Shown piece after piece: positions 18,165-27,973 of a stretch of DNA of 50,740 bases. Numbering within the stretch: the stretch's first letter is position 1; each line of letters opens with the position of its first letter. Under the pieces are notes generated by a model that was not told the DNA's origin, made no database searches, and saw only the letters and a program-made list of their open reading frames with translations. The translations under genes were made by a program, and so were the position numbers. This stretch comes from a virus (Duplodnaviria; Caudoviricetes), in IMG/VR virus record IMGVR_UViG_3300048853_000111, positions 1-50,740 of that record; one strand, given 5' to 3'.

Positions 18165-18613
18165 CAGACGCCTGCACCTGCGGTCCAGGCGAGCGCGCCA
18201 TCGGACTGCAACGTCACATTGATCGTGGCGCGCTCGCCGCGCGTGGCACCAATTTCGAGGGTCTCCAACTGGAAGGCGCCTTCCCACTGGCCGACCTTCG
18301 CGCCGGCGCGCCATAGCTCGACGCGACACTTCGTCGACACGTCACTGTCGAAGAACGCTTGCCAGGTCGGCAGGGCATCGGCGGCAAGAACGCCCTGACC
18401 CGTGATGGAAGCCGATTTCGCCGTCACATCGCGCTCCGTCCAGGACGCGGCATCCTCATCGAGGCAGTCGGGCGTGTTGGTCTCGCCAAGGTCTTTGGAG
18501 AGGCTGAGCGAGCGCTCGGTGAAGCCGCAGGGCGCGGCAAAAATCTCGGGATCGGCGCCGTCGCCGACGAGAACGCGAACGCCCGAAAACCGGAACGTCT
18601 GAGCTTGTGCCAT
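18164..18613 (-). CDS. Major tail tube protein
   Basis: VGDGADPEIFAAPCG, TPDC, GAFQLETLE; position in the tail operon. Confidence 0.88.
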   Translation of the reverse strand: MAQAQTFRFSGVRVLVGDGADPEIFAAPCGFTERSLSLSKDLGETNTPDCLDEDAASWTERDVTAKSASITGQGVLAADALPTWQAFFDSDVSTKCRVELWRAGAKVGQWEGAFQLETLEIGATRGERATINVTLQSDGALAWTAGAGV

Positions 18614-18628
18614 GGGTGTCTCCAGGGG

Positions 18629-19030
18629 TCAGAGGGCGTCCACGAGCGCCCGGAAGGTGATGACGGCGTGATTGGTGACGCCATCGGGATCGCGCAGGTA
18701 TCGCGTGTCGCGGTGCTCGATGAGCACAAGGTCAAAACCATTCAAGGCGAGGTCGGCGTCATGCAGCACGGCGCGCACGGCGCCAGTGATCTCAGCGGCT
18801 TCGGTGCGCGCCACCACGCGCGACCAGACATGCACCTCGAAAAAAATCTCGGCGCCGTCGACGCAATCGGCGTCGTCCTGCACGAGCTGAAAGCCGGCGA
18901 GATTGACGTAGGGAAAGACCGCATCGGGCGCGACGCGATCGAAGATGCGGCCGGCGATGAGCGCCGTGAGCGCGGCATCGGCCTTCAGCGCAGCATAGGC
19001 GGCGGCCTGCAGAACGTGGGTGGCTTCCAT
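18629..19030 (-). CDS. Tail terminator (DUF3168-like)
   Basis: RIFDRV..FPYV, HVWSR, DPDGVTNHAV. Confidence 0.88.
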   Translation of the reverse strand: MEATHVLQAAAYAALKADAALTALIAGRIFDRVAPDAVFPYVNLAGFQLVQDDADCVDGAEIFFEVHVWSRVVARTEAAEITGAVRAVLHDADLALNGFDLVLIEHRDTRYLRDPDGVTNHAVITFRALVDAL

Positions 19031-19033
19031 GGC

Positions 19034-19495
19034 TTATGACTCGCGTGCGACCTGCTGGGCCGCCCGCTTCGTCGCACGCGTGATGCGCGCCTTCACGCGG
19101 CGGCGATTGGCGCGGTATGCCGGGAAGAAAAAGGGCCGAGGCTCTGTCCCGGGATTTTCGGTCCCCGCGAACTTGCCGCCGTTGGTGTGCGGAGCCGTGC
19201 CGAATTCCACGAGATGCGCATAGCGCACCCCATCGTTCCCCGCCGATATGACGACGGTGAGATCCGGATCGCCCTCTGTCCCTGCCGAAAGGGAGGCGTA
19301 GCGGGCTTTGCCGCCGCCCCATGTCTGGATGATGCTGTCGCGCAGCTTGCCCGTGCGAACGGGCGCCAGACGCTTGGCATCGGCGACGATCTCATCGGCC
19401 CCCTGCGCCAGCGCCTGTTTGATGGCGCTGCGCACCGCGGGCGGCAGCGCCGCCATCTTTGCAAGGAGACGCGCCCGGTTCTTGATCTTAGCCAT
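19034..19495 (-). CDS. HK97 gp10-like tail completion protein
   Basis: APVRTGKLRDSI, YAHLVEFGT, PRPFFFPA; start ATG 19495. Confidence 0.88.
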   Translation of the reverse strand: MAKIKNRARLLAKMAALPPAVRSAIKQALAQGADEIVADAKRLAPVRTGKLRDSIIQTWGGGKARYASLSAGTEGDPDLTVVISAGNDGVRYAHLVEFGTAPHTNGGKFAGTENPGTEPRPFFFPAYRANRRRVKARITRATKRAAQQVARES

Positions 19496-19829
19496 CCGCC
19501 TCTCCCGCGGTTGCGAGCAGGTCGAGATAGCGACGGTGCTCATCCATATTGGCGGCGGCCGTGATGTTGTAGATCCGGCCTGTGCGTACATCCCGCGCGC
19601 GCCAGGCGGGAGTGACGGTCGCCGCCTCCTGGAAATAGCGAATGGTGATCACGACGGGCTGCCGGCCCTGCAGGCGATCGGCCATCACCGTCTCGCCGCC
19701 CTTGAGCGGCCGGACGCGCGCCGCCGTGACGAAGCGCTCGACCCAACTGCCGACCGAGTTGCCGACGTCGTCGGTCATCTGTTCGCGCTCGTCGAAGGCG
19801 ATGCGCTCGCGCAGCTCACCGGCGGCCAT
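19488..19829 (-). CDS. Head closure / head-tail adaptor
   Basis: AGELRERIAF, ITIRY, YNI. Confidence 0.85.
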   Translation of the reverse strand: MAAGELRERIAFDEREQMTDDVGNSVGSWVERFVTAARVRPLKGGETVMADRLQGRQPVVITIRYFQEAATVTPAWRARDVRTGRIYNITAAANMDEHRRYLDLLATAGEADG

Positions 19830-20001
19830 TCGTCTTGTCCTTCGGTTTATCGCAGCGCTCGACCTTGCCGGCCGCGATGGCCGCGGCGGCGCAGGGCGAA
19901 GTGACGAGATCGACGGTGCCGGCCTTATAGGCCTTGCACCAATGTCCCCGCCGCTCCGGCGGATACCAGTCGAAATCCGCCGTGAAACGCACCCATGGCA
20001 T
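19816..20001 (-). CDS. Small head-associated hypothetical protein
   Basis: MPWVRFTADFDW...AAAAIAAGK; fills the gap between connector genes. Confidence 0.7.
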   Translation of the reverse strand: MPWVRFTADFDWYPPERRGHWCKAYKAGTVDLVTSPCAAAAIAAGKVERCDKPKDKTNGRR

Positions 20002-20003
20002 GA

Positions 20004-20297
20004 TCAGGCGAGCGCCGGGTCGCGATAGCGGTGCAGGATACTTCTGACCGCCTGCGAAAGCGGGTCGCTCTTTCCATCGTCGCCGCGGTGGTCGTAGAGA
20101 TCGCCGAGCACGAGCAGCACGGCCGCCTGGATCAGCGGCGGGGCCGTTTCCTCGGTCCAGTCGATCTCCGGCTTTTTGATGTAATCGACCACGATGGCCG
20201 AGGCCTCCAGCACCTTGGCCTGCAGGTCGGCGCTGTTGTCGTCGAAGGTGATGTTGAGGTGTTCCTTCGCACGTTCGATCGAGACCAAGGGGCTCAC
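20004..20297 (-). CDS. Head-tail connector (HK97 gp6-like)
   Basis: AKEHLNI, IQAAVLLVLGDLYDHR, YRDPALA. Confidence 0.88.
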   Translation of the reverse strand: MSPLVSIERAKEHLNITFDDNSADLQAKVLEASAIVVDYIKKPEIDWTEETAPPLIQAAVLLVLGDLYDHRGDDGKSDPLSQAVRSILHRYRDPALA

Positions 20298-21643
20298 GGC
20301 GCCCTCCCCTCGCTGCTGCGCGGGGCGCCAAGCCTCACCGGCTGCGGTGGGGCGATCTCCTTGACCACGCCGTCCTTGCCGTTCTGGCCCCGCTTCACGG
20401 CCAGCCGCCAGCCCTTCTGCCCGTCGCCCGGCTTTTCCCCGGTCGGTTCGTCGCAGTGCCAGAGCGAGCCGCCCCAGGTCACGGTGTCTCCGGCGGCGTA
20501 GCTCTCGCCGTCCTTGAAGACGCCGCGATAGATCATCACCGGCACATCGAAGCCGAATTCCTTCGTCTGATCACCACGCATAAAGCGGAGCGTAAAGCTC
20601 CGCGCGCCGTCATAGATGACGTCGAGATCGTCGAAGCCGAGGCCATCGGCGCCGTCGCGCGGCTTCGGGAGGGCCGCGACCTTTTCTGCGATGCTGCGCT
20701 CGATTGCCACCGCATCGGCATCACGCCCCACCACGGCGCCGAGCGTCTTCACATCGCCATTGGTCAGCGTGACGACGAGAGCACCCGAGCGGTCGATCAG
20801 GGCGCCCGCCAAGCCGACGCCGTCCTTCGGCGCCGGGATCGCGCCGACGGCTTTCTCCACCTCTTGAGCGATCAGCGGCACAACATCCTCGAGCGTCACG
20901 CTCTTGCCGTCCTGCGGCTTCGGCAGGGCGCCGACCGCCTTCGCCACCTCCGCGCGGACGAGATCGGCCGTGACATCCGGATCGGCGTCCTTGGCGGGTT
21001 CGGCCGGCGGAAGCGCAGCGACGGCCTCATTGACCATCCGCCGGATCTCCACCGGGTCGGCATCCCTACCGGGTTCGGCCGGCGGAAGTGCCGCGACGGC
21101 CTCGGCGACCATCGCCTTTATCACCTCGGGATCGGCATCCCTACCGGGACGTGCCGGCGGAAGAGCCGCGACTGCCTCGTCCACCATCCGGCGGATCTCT
21201 GCCGGGTCGGCATCCTTGCCGGGTTCGGCCGGCAGAAGCGCCGCGACCGCCTCGGCGATCGTCGCCCTAATCGCCTCGGGATCGGCATCTTTACCTGGGC
21301 GTGCTGGAGGAAGCGCGGCGACTGCCTCGTCCACCATCCGTCGAATCTCCGCCGGGTCAGCGTCCTTGCCGGGTTCGGCCGGTGGAAGTGCCGCGACCGC
21401 CTCGGCAATTATCGCCCTGATCGCCTCGGGATCGGCGTCCTTGCCGGGACGCGCAGGCGGAAGCGCGGCGACCGCCTTCACAACCTCCGCGGCAACCATC
21501 TCGGCGAGCGGCGGATCCTCGCGCGTCTGCGTGGCGCGGGCCTCAATGGCCGCAAGGCGCTGCTCGAAAGCGGTGAACTCCCGATCGACATAGGCCTTGA
21601 CGGCCTCGAAGCCCGCGTCAAAGGCTCGCTGAAGATCATCCAT
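20294..21643 (-). CDS. Portal-adjacent repeat protein
   Basis: Tandem 25-aa repeats and C-terminal YRGVF...GDTVTWGGSLWHC. Confidence 0.8.
   Translation of the reverse strand: MDDLQRAFDAGFEAVKAYVDREFTAFEQRLAAIEARATQTREDPPLAEMVAAEVVKAVAALPPARPGKDADPEAIRAIIAEAVAALPPAEPGKDADPAEIRRMVDEAVAALPPARPGKDADPEAIRATIAEAVAALLPAEPGKDADPAEIRRMVDEAVAALPPARPGRDADPEVIKAMVAEAVAALPPAEPGRDADPVEIRRMVNEAVAALPPAEPAKDADPDVTADLVRAEVAKAVGALPKPQDGKSVTLEDVVPLIAQEVEKAVGAIPAPKDGVGLAGALIDRSGALVVTLTNGDVKTLGAVVGRDADAVAIERSIAEKVAALPKPRDGADGLGFDDLDVIYDGARSFTLRFMRGDQTKEFGFDVPVMIYRGVFKDGESYAAGDTVTWGGSLWHCDEPTGEKPGDGQKGWRLAVKRGQNGKDGVVKEIAPPQPVRLGAPRSSEGRAP
20980..21475. repeat. In-frame 75-bp tandem repeats (about 6.5 units, alternating two variants)
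   Basis: Repeated AVAALPPA(R/E)PG(K/R)DADP units. Confidence 0.9.
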
Positions 21644-23025
21644 CAGCCACCCTTTCGAGAGCCGGCGAAGCGGAGAACGGTCGCGACCGGAGAGATCCGG
21701 CGCTCTTGTGGCGGGTTGTCGTTTGCGCTCGGCACCGCCGGCTCAGGCGCTGGCGGCGCGGCCTTGCCGAAGGGATCATCCTGCGCGTCGCGCTTGGCGA
21801 GCGCGGCCAGGCTATAGTTCTGCTGTTGCAGATAGGGCGTCGCACCGCCCGTGACGGGCTTGAGGTCGAGCCGGCGGCGGCCTTCGTCGGGTGATAGAAT
21901 GCCCGACTTCACGCCCCTCTCGATCACATCCATCTGCGTCACGCTATCCATGCGCAGGAGGTTGTCGACCTCGAATTCCGTGCCCAGCGTTTCGCCGGTC
22001 GCGAGCCCCTCGTCGAGGCAAAGCTCGATCGCCTCGATGAGCACCTGCAGGCACTGGCTGTAATATTCGGTGTTGAGCGCCTGCACGTTGTTGTAGCTCG
22101 GCATCTGGCCGATGCCGATCTTGTAGGGCGGGACGTGATAGGTGGAACACACCACCTCGGCCGTCCATTTGAGCTGCTCGATGAGCTGGGCGTCGGTGGC
22201 CTTGACCGACATGCTCTGATACTGGAGGCCGTCGCCGAGGACGGCGACCTTGCCGGCGTTTTTGCCGGTATAATTCGCCTCCCAGTGCTCCTTCAGGCGC
22301 TTCGCCGTGTCGTCGCCAATCGCGCCCGGCGCGGTCAGGATGCCAGGCGTCGTCGAGCCGTCCTGAAAGAACCTCGTCGCGTTGTTCTGGATCGCGAGGC
22401 CCTGCATCGCAGCAAGGCCATTGGCGAAGATCGGCGAGAGTCCGACGAGCGGGTGGAAAAAGCAGTTGAAGCGGTCGTGGATGATCTCGGTCGCGGGGAC
22501 GACCACGCTCGTGGTCAGTCCGGCAAGCTCATCCTGCTGCAGCTGGTAAAAGACGTCGCCGTTATCGGCAACGAGCGGCATTACCAAGCGCGGGTCGAGC
22601 ACATAGAGCCGCCGCACCATCCCGCGGCCGTTGCGTTCCTTCAGGACATAGGTATTGCCGGTCTGAAGCTTCGACAGAACCCAATTCTCATAGAATTGGA
22701 TGCGATTTTGGAACGCATTCGGCTTGCGGAGGACGGGCGAGAACGCGGGATTTTTCACCTCCGTCCAGATGCTGTCTGCTTCGCTATACTGAACGAGCTT
22801 GACGCGCAGCTTGGCGATATCGGAGGCGATCAACGTCCGGCAGGCAAAGTCGGCGTGATAGCTGAGGACGGAATCTACCTTGATCTCGACATTGCGCTGC
22901 CAGGCGCCGGCGAAGCTCTCCAGAATGCGGTACCAGCCCCCACGGGCATCGATGCCCGCGAGGGTACCGCGGCTGCGCGGCGCAATGGCCTTCTCCAACG
23001 CTCCGAAAAAGGTGGTTTCAGCCAT
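21643..23025 (-). CDS. Portal protein (HK97 family)
   Basis: PNAFQ, GNTY, GLSPI, DAQLIEQ, YHVPP. Confidence 0.95.
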   Translation of the reverse strand: MAETTFFGALEKAIAPRSRGTLAGIDARGGWYRILESFAGAWQRNVEIKVDSVLSYHADFACRTLIASDIAKLRVKLVQYSEADSIWTEVKNPAFSPVLRKPNAFQNRIQFYENWVLSKLQTGNTYVLKERNGRGMVRRLYVLDPRLVMPLVADNGDVFYQLQQDELAGLTTSVVVPATEIIHDRFNCFFHPLVGLSPIFANGLAAMQGLAIQNNATRFFQDGSTTPGILTAPGAIGDDTAKRLKEHWEANYTGKNAGKVAVLGDGLQYQSMSVKATDAQLIEQLKWTAEVVCSTYHVPPYKIGIGQMPSYNNVQALNTEYYSQCLQVLIEAIELCLDEGLATGETLGTEFEVDNLLRMDSVTQMDVIERGVKSGILSPDEGRRRLDLKPVTGGATPYLQQQNYSLAALAKRDAQDDPFGKAAPPAPEPAVPSANDNPPQERRISPVATVLRFAGSRKGG

Positions 23026-23185
23026 TGGACGTTATCCCGGAGCGGAGGAAGGCTGCAGCGGCGAGGGACGCGATGCCGGACGCGACGAGCGCCCAGGCAG
23101 ATCCTGCCAGCAGATAGATCCCGAGGACGATCGAACCGGTCCCGGCGAGCGAGAGAAGCGCGATGAGCGCCAAGGCAAGACGCAT
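23018..23185 (-). CDS. Small two-TM membrane protein upstream of portal (not in the ORF track)
   Basis: 55 aa MRLALALIALLSLAGTGSIVLGIYLLAGSAWALVASGIASLAAAAFLRSGITSNG; stop overlaps the portal start. Confidence 0.7.
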   Translation of the reverse strand: MRLALALIALLSLAGTGSIVLGIYLLAGSAWALVASGIASLAAAAFLRSGITSNG

Positions 23186-23193
23186 GACGCGGC

Positions 23194-23517
23194 TCAGATC
23201 TCGCCCGCGGCTGCCGCCGCAATCTTCTCGCGCAGCGCCGCGGCATCCCAGCCGTGGAAAGGCTTCTTGCCGAGGACGCGCTCGTAGTCGGCGCGCAGCG
23301 CCGCGAGATCATCCTGCCCGGCCGGCTGCGGTTCATCGGCCGTGTCCGGCGCAGCGGTGGTAGGCGTCAACAGATCCCGCGCGGCAACAGCGGCTGCCGG
23401 CTCAGCCCAATCGACCGAAAAGACCACCGGTCGCCGATAGCCCAGCTTTTCGAGGACGGTGACATAGCGCCGATCGCGGGACTGGAGAGCCCGCGTCATG
23501 TAACCCTGCGATTTCAT
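23194..23517 (-). CDS. Small post-capsid protein with HeH-like C-terminus
   Basis: LRADYERVLGKKPFHGWDAAALREKI. Confidence 0.7.
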   Translation of the reverse strand: MKSQGYMTRALQSRDRRYVTVLEKLGYRRPVVFSVDWAEPAAAVAARDLLTPTTAAPDTADEPQPAGQDDLAALRADYERVLGKKPFHGWDAAALREKIAAAAAGEI

Positions 23518-23579
23518 CGCGAGATCTCCGGTGAAGGAGCCGGCCGCGGCTGACCGCGGCCGGCGATGTCATGGGCTGA

Positions 23580-25547
23580 TCAGGGGCCTTCGACGACCTC
23601 ATCACCCCAATTGACGCCGGTCAGAACCGCGACGGCGTTGGCGCGACGGCGCATCCAGTCGATGGTGCGCTCGGCGCGGAAGCCGACCGAGTTCGTCTGC
23701 CACAGGCTGACGAGGCTCGTCGCCGTCGGCGTGTCCGAGGCATTCGTCGGCGCATCCTCCATCTGGAGCGACGCTTGGGTGCTCATATCCACGCTTACGT
23801 CGCCGTCATCCGCAAGATAGATGTCACTGGCGTTCACCAGAGCCACGATCCCTTCTGCGACATACTCGGACACGATCGCCGGGAGCCCGAAGAACGTGCC
23901 GCCGTTCATGCCGATACCGGGGAATTCGGCCTGACCGAGCGGGTTCTGCATCAGCGACAAGGCGAGAGCCGTGGTCGCACGCATGATCCACACGCCATTT
24001 GTCGGCGCGTTATTGCCCGCAATGAACGCCGCGAAGATGGCCCGGATGTCAGTGCGGACATCGTCCGCCGTGGGACCGCTCGACACGACGGGCGTGACGC
24101 CGTTGGTGATCGAGGCTGGCGAAACGCCGGCCACAAACGCCTTCGCCGGATCGATGAAGTCGATATCGAGCCGTTCGCGCAGAGCGGCCGCGAGCTGATC
24201 ACGGATGATCGTTTCGGCCGACGGGCTGGAATCGCGCAGGGTTTCCATCGTCGCCACGGCGATATTGGCAACCTTCAGCGGCTCCAGGGTCTTGCGTTCA
24301 AAATCGAACTTCGTCAGCGGCTTCGCCTTGCCTTCTGCGACCCAGAAGCCGGAGCCGCCGGAGGTCTGGCCGATCAACGGAACGCGGAACGGAACACGGC
24401 GTAGCGACGGGATGCCGTTCAAGCCAAAGCGGCCGATGATCGTCTGCGGGCGGAGCCATTCGACGAAGTCGGCAAAGACCGAAGTCTCATCGCCGACCAG
24501 TGCGCCGGCCCAGCTCGGATTCGTGGTGGTGGCCGCCGGGACGGCCGCCTTGCTCAAGACGCGATAGACGGGAGAATCCTCGCCATACATCTCCTTGGCG
24601 AGATGCCGGGGGCTCTCCCCGTCCATCTTGGCGAGCGCCTTCACCCGGGCGAGGCGCGCAAAGGCGATTCCCGGATCCAGCTTCGGCGCCTTGATGGTGA
24701 CGCCGGCACGAGCCGCCGTGCCTTCCTCGGCGGTCCGAGCCTGGCCGACCGGCTTGGCGCCCGCGGCCTTCGCCACCTGCAGCGCACGGAAGCGCTTCAG
24801 ATCGGCGTCGATCGTGGTGACCTCACCGTCGAGCTGATCGAACTCTTCCTGCTCCGCCCCGTCGGTCGAACGGCCTTCCTCGGTGCTCTTCAGCAGGATC
24901 TCTTCCATGCGGGCGGCATTGGCCGCGCGCTTGGCTTCCAGAGCAGTAATCTGCTCGGCGAGCGTCTTCATGTCTCTGCCCTCCTTCGGGCGCAAGTTGA
25001 TGGATTTGCGGGTGTTTCCCGAAGCGCCGGGAGGTGCAGGCCGATCGTCCGCCTTGGGCTCTTTGCCGGTCGCGGCGAGCAGAGGGGCGTCGATCGACTT
25101 GATGACGGAAATTTTGGCGTCGGCGTTGGCCGGAATGGTCACGAGCGACAGCTCGAGGACCTCGGTTTGCGTGTAGCGAATGCCGCCATTGTCGAGGAAG
25201 GCATATTCGAGGCCGCGGAAGCCGATCGAGACGGCCCTCACCAGGCCCGCCTTGACCTCCGCCCACGCGGTATCCACGCGATCCTTCAGGGAGGCCGGCT
25301 CCTCGATCTTCGGCAGGCTAGCCTCGAAAGGAATCCCATCCTTTGTGGGGGCGCCGAAGGTCACGGTGCCGACCGGCCGCCTCACATCGTGCTGATGGAG
25401 CAGTGGCAGCGAGTTCGCGAAGGCGACGCCGAGGGGTTCGACGATATCCCCCACCCGGTCAGGGGTGGGTGTGGTGGCGATGCCGCGGATAATGCGCTGC
25501 TCGTCCTCGACCGCTTTCACGGTCAGGATGGAATAGGCACGGTTCAT
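23580..25547 (-). CDS. Prohead protease - major capsid protein fusion (HK97 fold)
   Basis: N-terminal DRVGDIV, LLHQH, VSIGF, ELSLVTIPAN; C-terminal WVAEGKAKP, SLWQTNSVGFRAER. Confidence 0.95.
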   Translation of the reverse strand: MNRAYSILTVKAVEDEQRIIRGIATTPTPDRVGDIVEPLGVAFANSLPLLHQHDVRRPVGTVTFGAPTKDGIPFEASLPKIEEPASLKDRVDTAWAEVKAGLVRAVSIGFRGLEYAFLDNGGIRYTQTEVLELSLVTIPANADAKISVIKSIDAPLLAATGKEPKADDRPAPPGASGNTRKSINLRPKEGRDMKTLAEQITALEAKRAANAARMEEILLKSTEEGRSTDGAEQEEFDQLDGEVTTIDADLKRFRALQVAKAAGAKPVGQARTAEEGTAARAGVTIKAPKLDPGIAFARLARVKALAKMDGESPRHLAKEMYGEDSPVYRVLSKAAVPAATTTNPSWAGALVGDETSVFADFVEWLRPQTIIGRFGLNGIPSLRRVPFRVPLIGQTSGGSGFWVAEGKAKPLTKFDFERKTLEPLKVANIAVATMETLRDSSPSAETIIRDQLAAALRERLDIDFIDPAKAFVAGVSPASITNGVTPVVSSGPTADDVRTDIRAIFAAFIAGNNAPTNGVWIMRATTALALSLMQNPLGQAEFPGIGMNGGTFFGLPAIVSEYVAEGIVALVNASDIYLADDGDVSVDMSTQASLQMEDAPTNASDTPTATSLVSLWQTNSVGFRAERTIDWMRRRANAVAVLTGVNWGDEVVEGP

Positions 25548-25574
25548 GGTGAAGGTCTCCCGGCGTGGGACCGC

Positions 25575-27284
25575 CTAGACGAAGAAGATTTGGTATTTTG
25601 GCGCGTTCTCGCCGCGGTCCTTGGCGGCAATACCGATCGCCATGCAGAGCGACACGATGCCGTCGATGCGCTCTGTCGACTTGTTCTTCGCCGGCTTGAT
25701 ATTGCCAGCGGGGTCCGTCTCTACCGCGACGACCTGCGCGTGGCGGCGCAACACGGGGTGGCCGCCGTGCTGGAATCCGTTGCACAGCACGAGCCGCTCG
25801 AGCTCCTTCGTCGGCGCGGCCATGGAGGCGAAGCCCTGGCCGAAGAGCACGACGGGCAGCCCCTCCTGTTCGAGCTTCACCGCCGTCTCGGTGGCGTTCC
25901 AACGGTCGATCGCGAGACCGCCCTCGCCGGGCTCGCGATTCGCTTCTCCGGCGAAGGCCACCCGGAAGCGCTCGGCGTCGCGGTAGATCTGCGCCTGAAT
26001 GAAGGCGTAATCGACCACATTGCCCGGCGTCGCGAAGAGTGCGCCCTCCTTCACCCAGCGCTCATAGGGCAGCTTGTCACGCTGGCCATGCGCTTTGATG
26101 AGGTCGCTCGGCTTGAAGAAGCGGACGATAACGGCCGGCTTTTCCAGGCCATCCTGCACCGGAAACCACCAGACGAGCGCCGAGAGATCCGTGGTCGACG
26201 ACAGGTCGAGGCCGCCGAAGCAACGCTTGCCCTCAAGCTTCGCCTCAAGCTCCTTCCAGCCAAAATCACCGACACAGTGATCCCAGCCGAAGTGCTTGCC
26301 CTCGTCGTCGATGCCGTCGATCGGCAGCCAGCGCACGGCCTGCTCGGTCCACAGATTGAGGTGGTACCGCTTGAAGTCGTTTTCGAGCCGCGGCAATTGC
26401 TGGGCGCGACGGGCATCAGCCGCGAGCGCATCCATCTTCTTCGACACGCCGAGATTGGGATTGGCTTTCGCCCATGTCGCGGGCTTCGTCCAATCGTCCT
26501 CTGGGTCAGCGGCGTAGACGACGACGAGGGTCTCGGGATCGTCGATCGTCCCGTCGAGGATCTTCTGGCACTCCTCCCAGACTTCCTCGCCGTAGCCGCC
26601 CTTTTTGCCGGCGGTCGAGATGAGGAATTCTAGCGGCTGGCGGCGGGCCGCCTCCGAATCGTGAATGAACTGATAGAGCTCGCCCGATGTCCATTCGTGA
26701 ATCTCGTCGCCGATGAGCCCCGAGGCCGACAATCCGTGCTTGCCGCCCGGCTTGCCCGACAACGCCTTGAGAGCCGGGCAATAGATCGACGGCTTGAGGC
26801 AGACGAGATCGGCCGAGAGGGTCGGCGACTTGCCGACCATCGCCGTCGCCTTGTCGAAAACGAGGCGCGCCTGGTCCTTGTCGGTGGCTATCGAAAAGAC
26901 CTGGCCGGCATGCTCGCCGTCGCCGACGAGGAGCAAGAGCGCGATGCCGGCGGCGAGTTCGGTCTTGCCGTTCTTGCGCGGCACCCAGACGTAGCAGCGC
27001 CGGTAGCGCCGGAGCCCGTCGCGGCGTTTCCAGCCGAAGAGCGGCCGGATGATGTCGTTCTCCTGCCACGGCTGAAGAACGAACGGCTGCCCCGCCCATT
27101 CGCCCTCGGTGAGGCAGATGTGGTCCGCGAAGAACGACACGGCCGCATCGGCCGCGCGCTCGTCGAACCAATAGTCACCGTCGCGCCAGACAAGATCCCT
27201 CTCGTCCCAAGCCGCATTCGGGCCCACACCGGCCGGCCGCGTGCGGGGCTGTGCCCGCCGCGTCGGCCCAATCCGCTGCGCCAT
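25575..27284 (-). CDS. Terminase large subunit
   Basis: VPRKNGKT, GDEIHEW, ISTAG, GGLDLS, RIDGIV. Confidence 0.96.
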   Translation of the reverse strand: MAQRIGPTRRAQPRTRPAGVGPNAAWDERDLVWRDGDYWFDERAADAAVSFFADHICLTEGEWAGQPFVLQPWQENDIIRPLFGWKRRDGLRRYRRCYVWVPRKNGKTELAAGIALLLLVGDGEHAGQVFSIATDKDQARLVFDKATAMVGKSPTLSADLVCLKPSIYCPALKALSGKPGGKHGLSASGLIGDEIHEWTSGELYQFIHDSEAARRQPLEFLISTAGKKGGYGEEVWEECQKILDGTIDDPETLVVVYAADPEDDWTKPATWAKANPNLGVSKKMDALAADARRAQQLPRLENDFKRYHLNLWTEQAVRWLPIDGIDDEGKHFGWDHCVGDFGWKELEAKLEGKRCFGGLDLSSTTDLSALVWWFPVQDGLEKPAVIVRFFKPSDLIKAHGQRDKLPYERWVKEGALFATPGNVVDYAFIQAQIYRDAERFRVAFAGEANREPGEGGLAIDRWNATETAVKLEQEGLPVVLFGQGFASMAAPTKELERLVLCNGFQHGGHPVLRRHAQVVAVETDPAGNIKPAKNKSTERIDGIVSLCMAIGIAAKDRGENAPKYQIFFV

Positions 27285-27287
27285 CGC

Positions 27288-27848
27288 CTACTGCAGGTAG
27301 CCGATCGCCGAGCGGGGCTTGGGGGCATCAGCCGCCGGCTGCTCGCCGGGTTTCGCCGCGGTCTTGTCGCCGCTCGGGTGCCGGTCGAAGAGGTCGCCCG
27401 GCGCTCCGGCCGCGGCGCGGGCCGCGAAGATGCGTTGCCGTTCGGACGGGTTGAGGCCGAATCGATCCTCGGCCGCGGCGAGATGCTTTTCGAGGCGATC
27501 GGCGATCGTGAAGGCGGGCTCGATGCGCTTGAGCTTCCCGTGCTGGCTCTCGCTCTCGTAAAACTCGCCCTTGTCCAGGATCTTCTGCATCTTCACCCAC
27601 CGGGCGAAATTCTGGCAGTAGCGTCCGAACGGCTCCGCGTCGAGCGGCCCAAGAAGCTTCATCGCCACAAGGCGCGGCGCAATGCGCTGCCAGATGATCA
27701 GGCCGTCGCCCTTCAGCCAGGCCGGCGGCGAGACGCTTCCGCCGCTGTCGTCGATGATGACGGGATCAGCGCCAACCGGGCGCCGGCCCGGATTGCCCTT
27801 GGCGAGCTTCACGCTCGCGGGCTCCGGTTTCGGTCCCCGACGTGCCAT
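27288..27848 (-). CDS. Terminase small subunit (P27 family)
   Basis: GPKPEP, GNPGRR, PPAWL, FGLNPSER. Confidence 0.93.
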   Translation of the reverse strand: MARRGPKPEPASVKLAKGNPGRRPVGADPVIIDDSGGSVSPPAWLKGDGLIIWQRIAPRLVAMKLLGPLDAEPFGRYCQNFARWVKMQKILDKGEFYESESQHGKLKRIEPAFTIADRLEKHLAAAEDRFGLNPSERQRIFAARAAAGAPGDLFDRHPSGDKTAAKPGEQPAADAPKPRSAIGYLQ

Positions 27849-27934
27849 AAGACCCTCTCAGAAAAAAAGTTTTCGGAAACTCGCGACGAGATGCACGTGA
27901 CTTGGACGCCGGTCCTAAGCTCAACCATGCCCAA

Positions 27935-27960
27935 ATTTTTCCACCCCCCCCGCCCCATGG
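27935..27960. other. Candidate cos site
   Basis: G-run followed by A-run on the minus strand (GGGGCGGGGGGGGTGGAAAAA) between HNH and terS, the usual location in HNH-associated cos phages. Confidence 0.45.
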
Positions 27961-27973
27961 CCGAAAATTTTTG

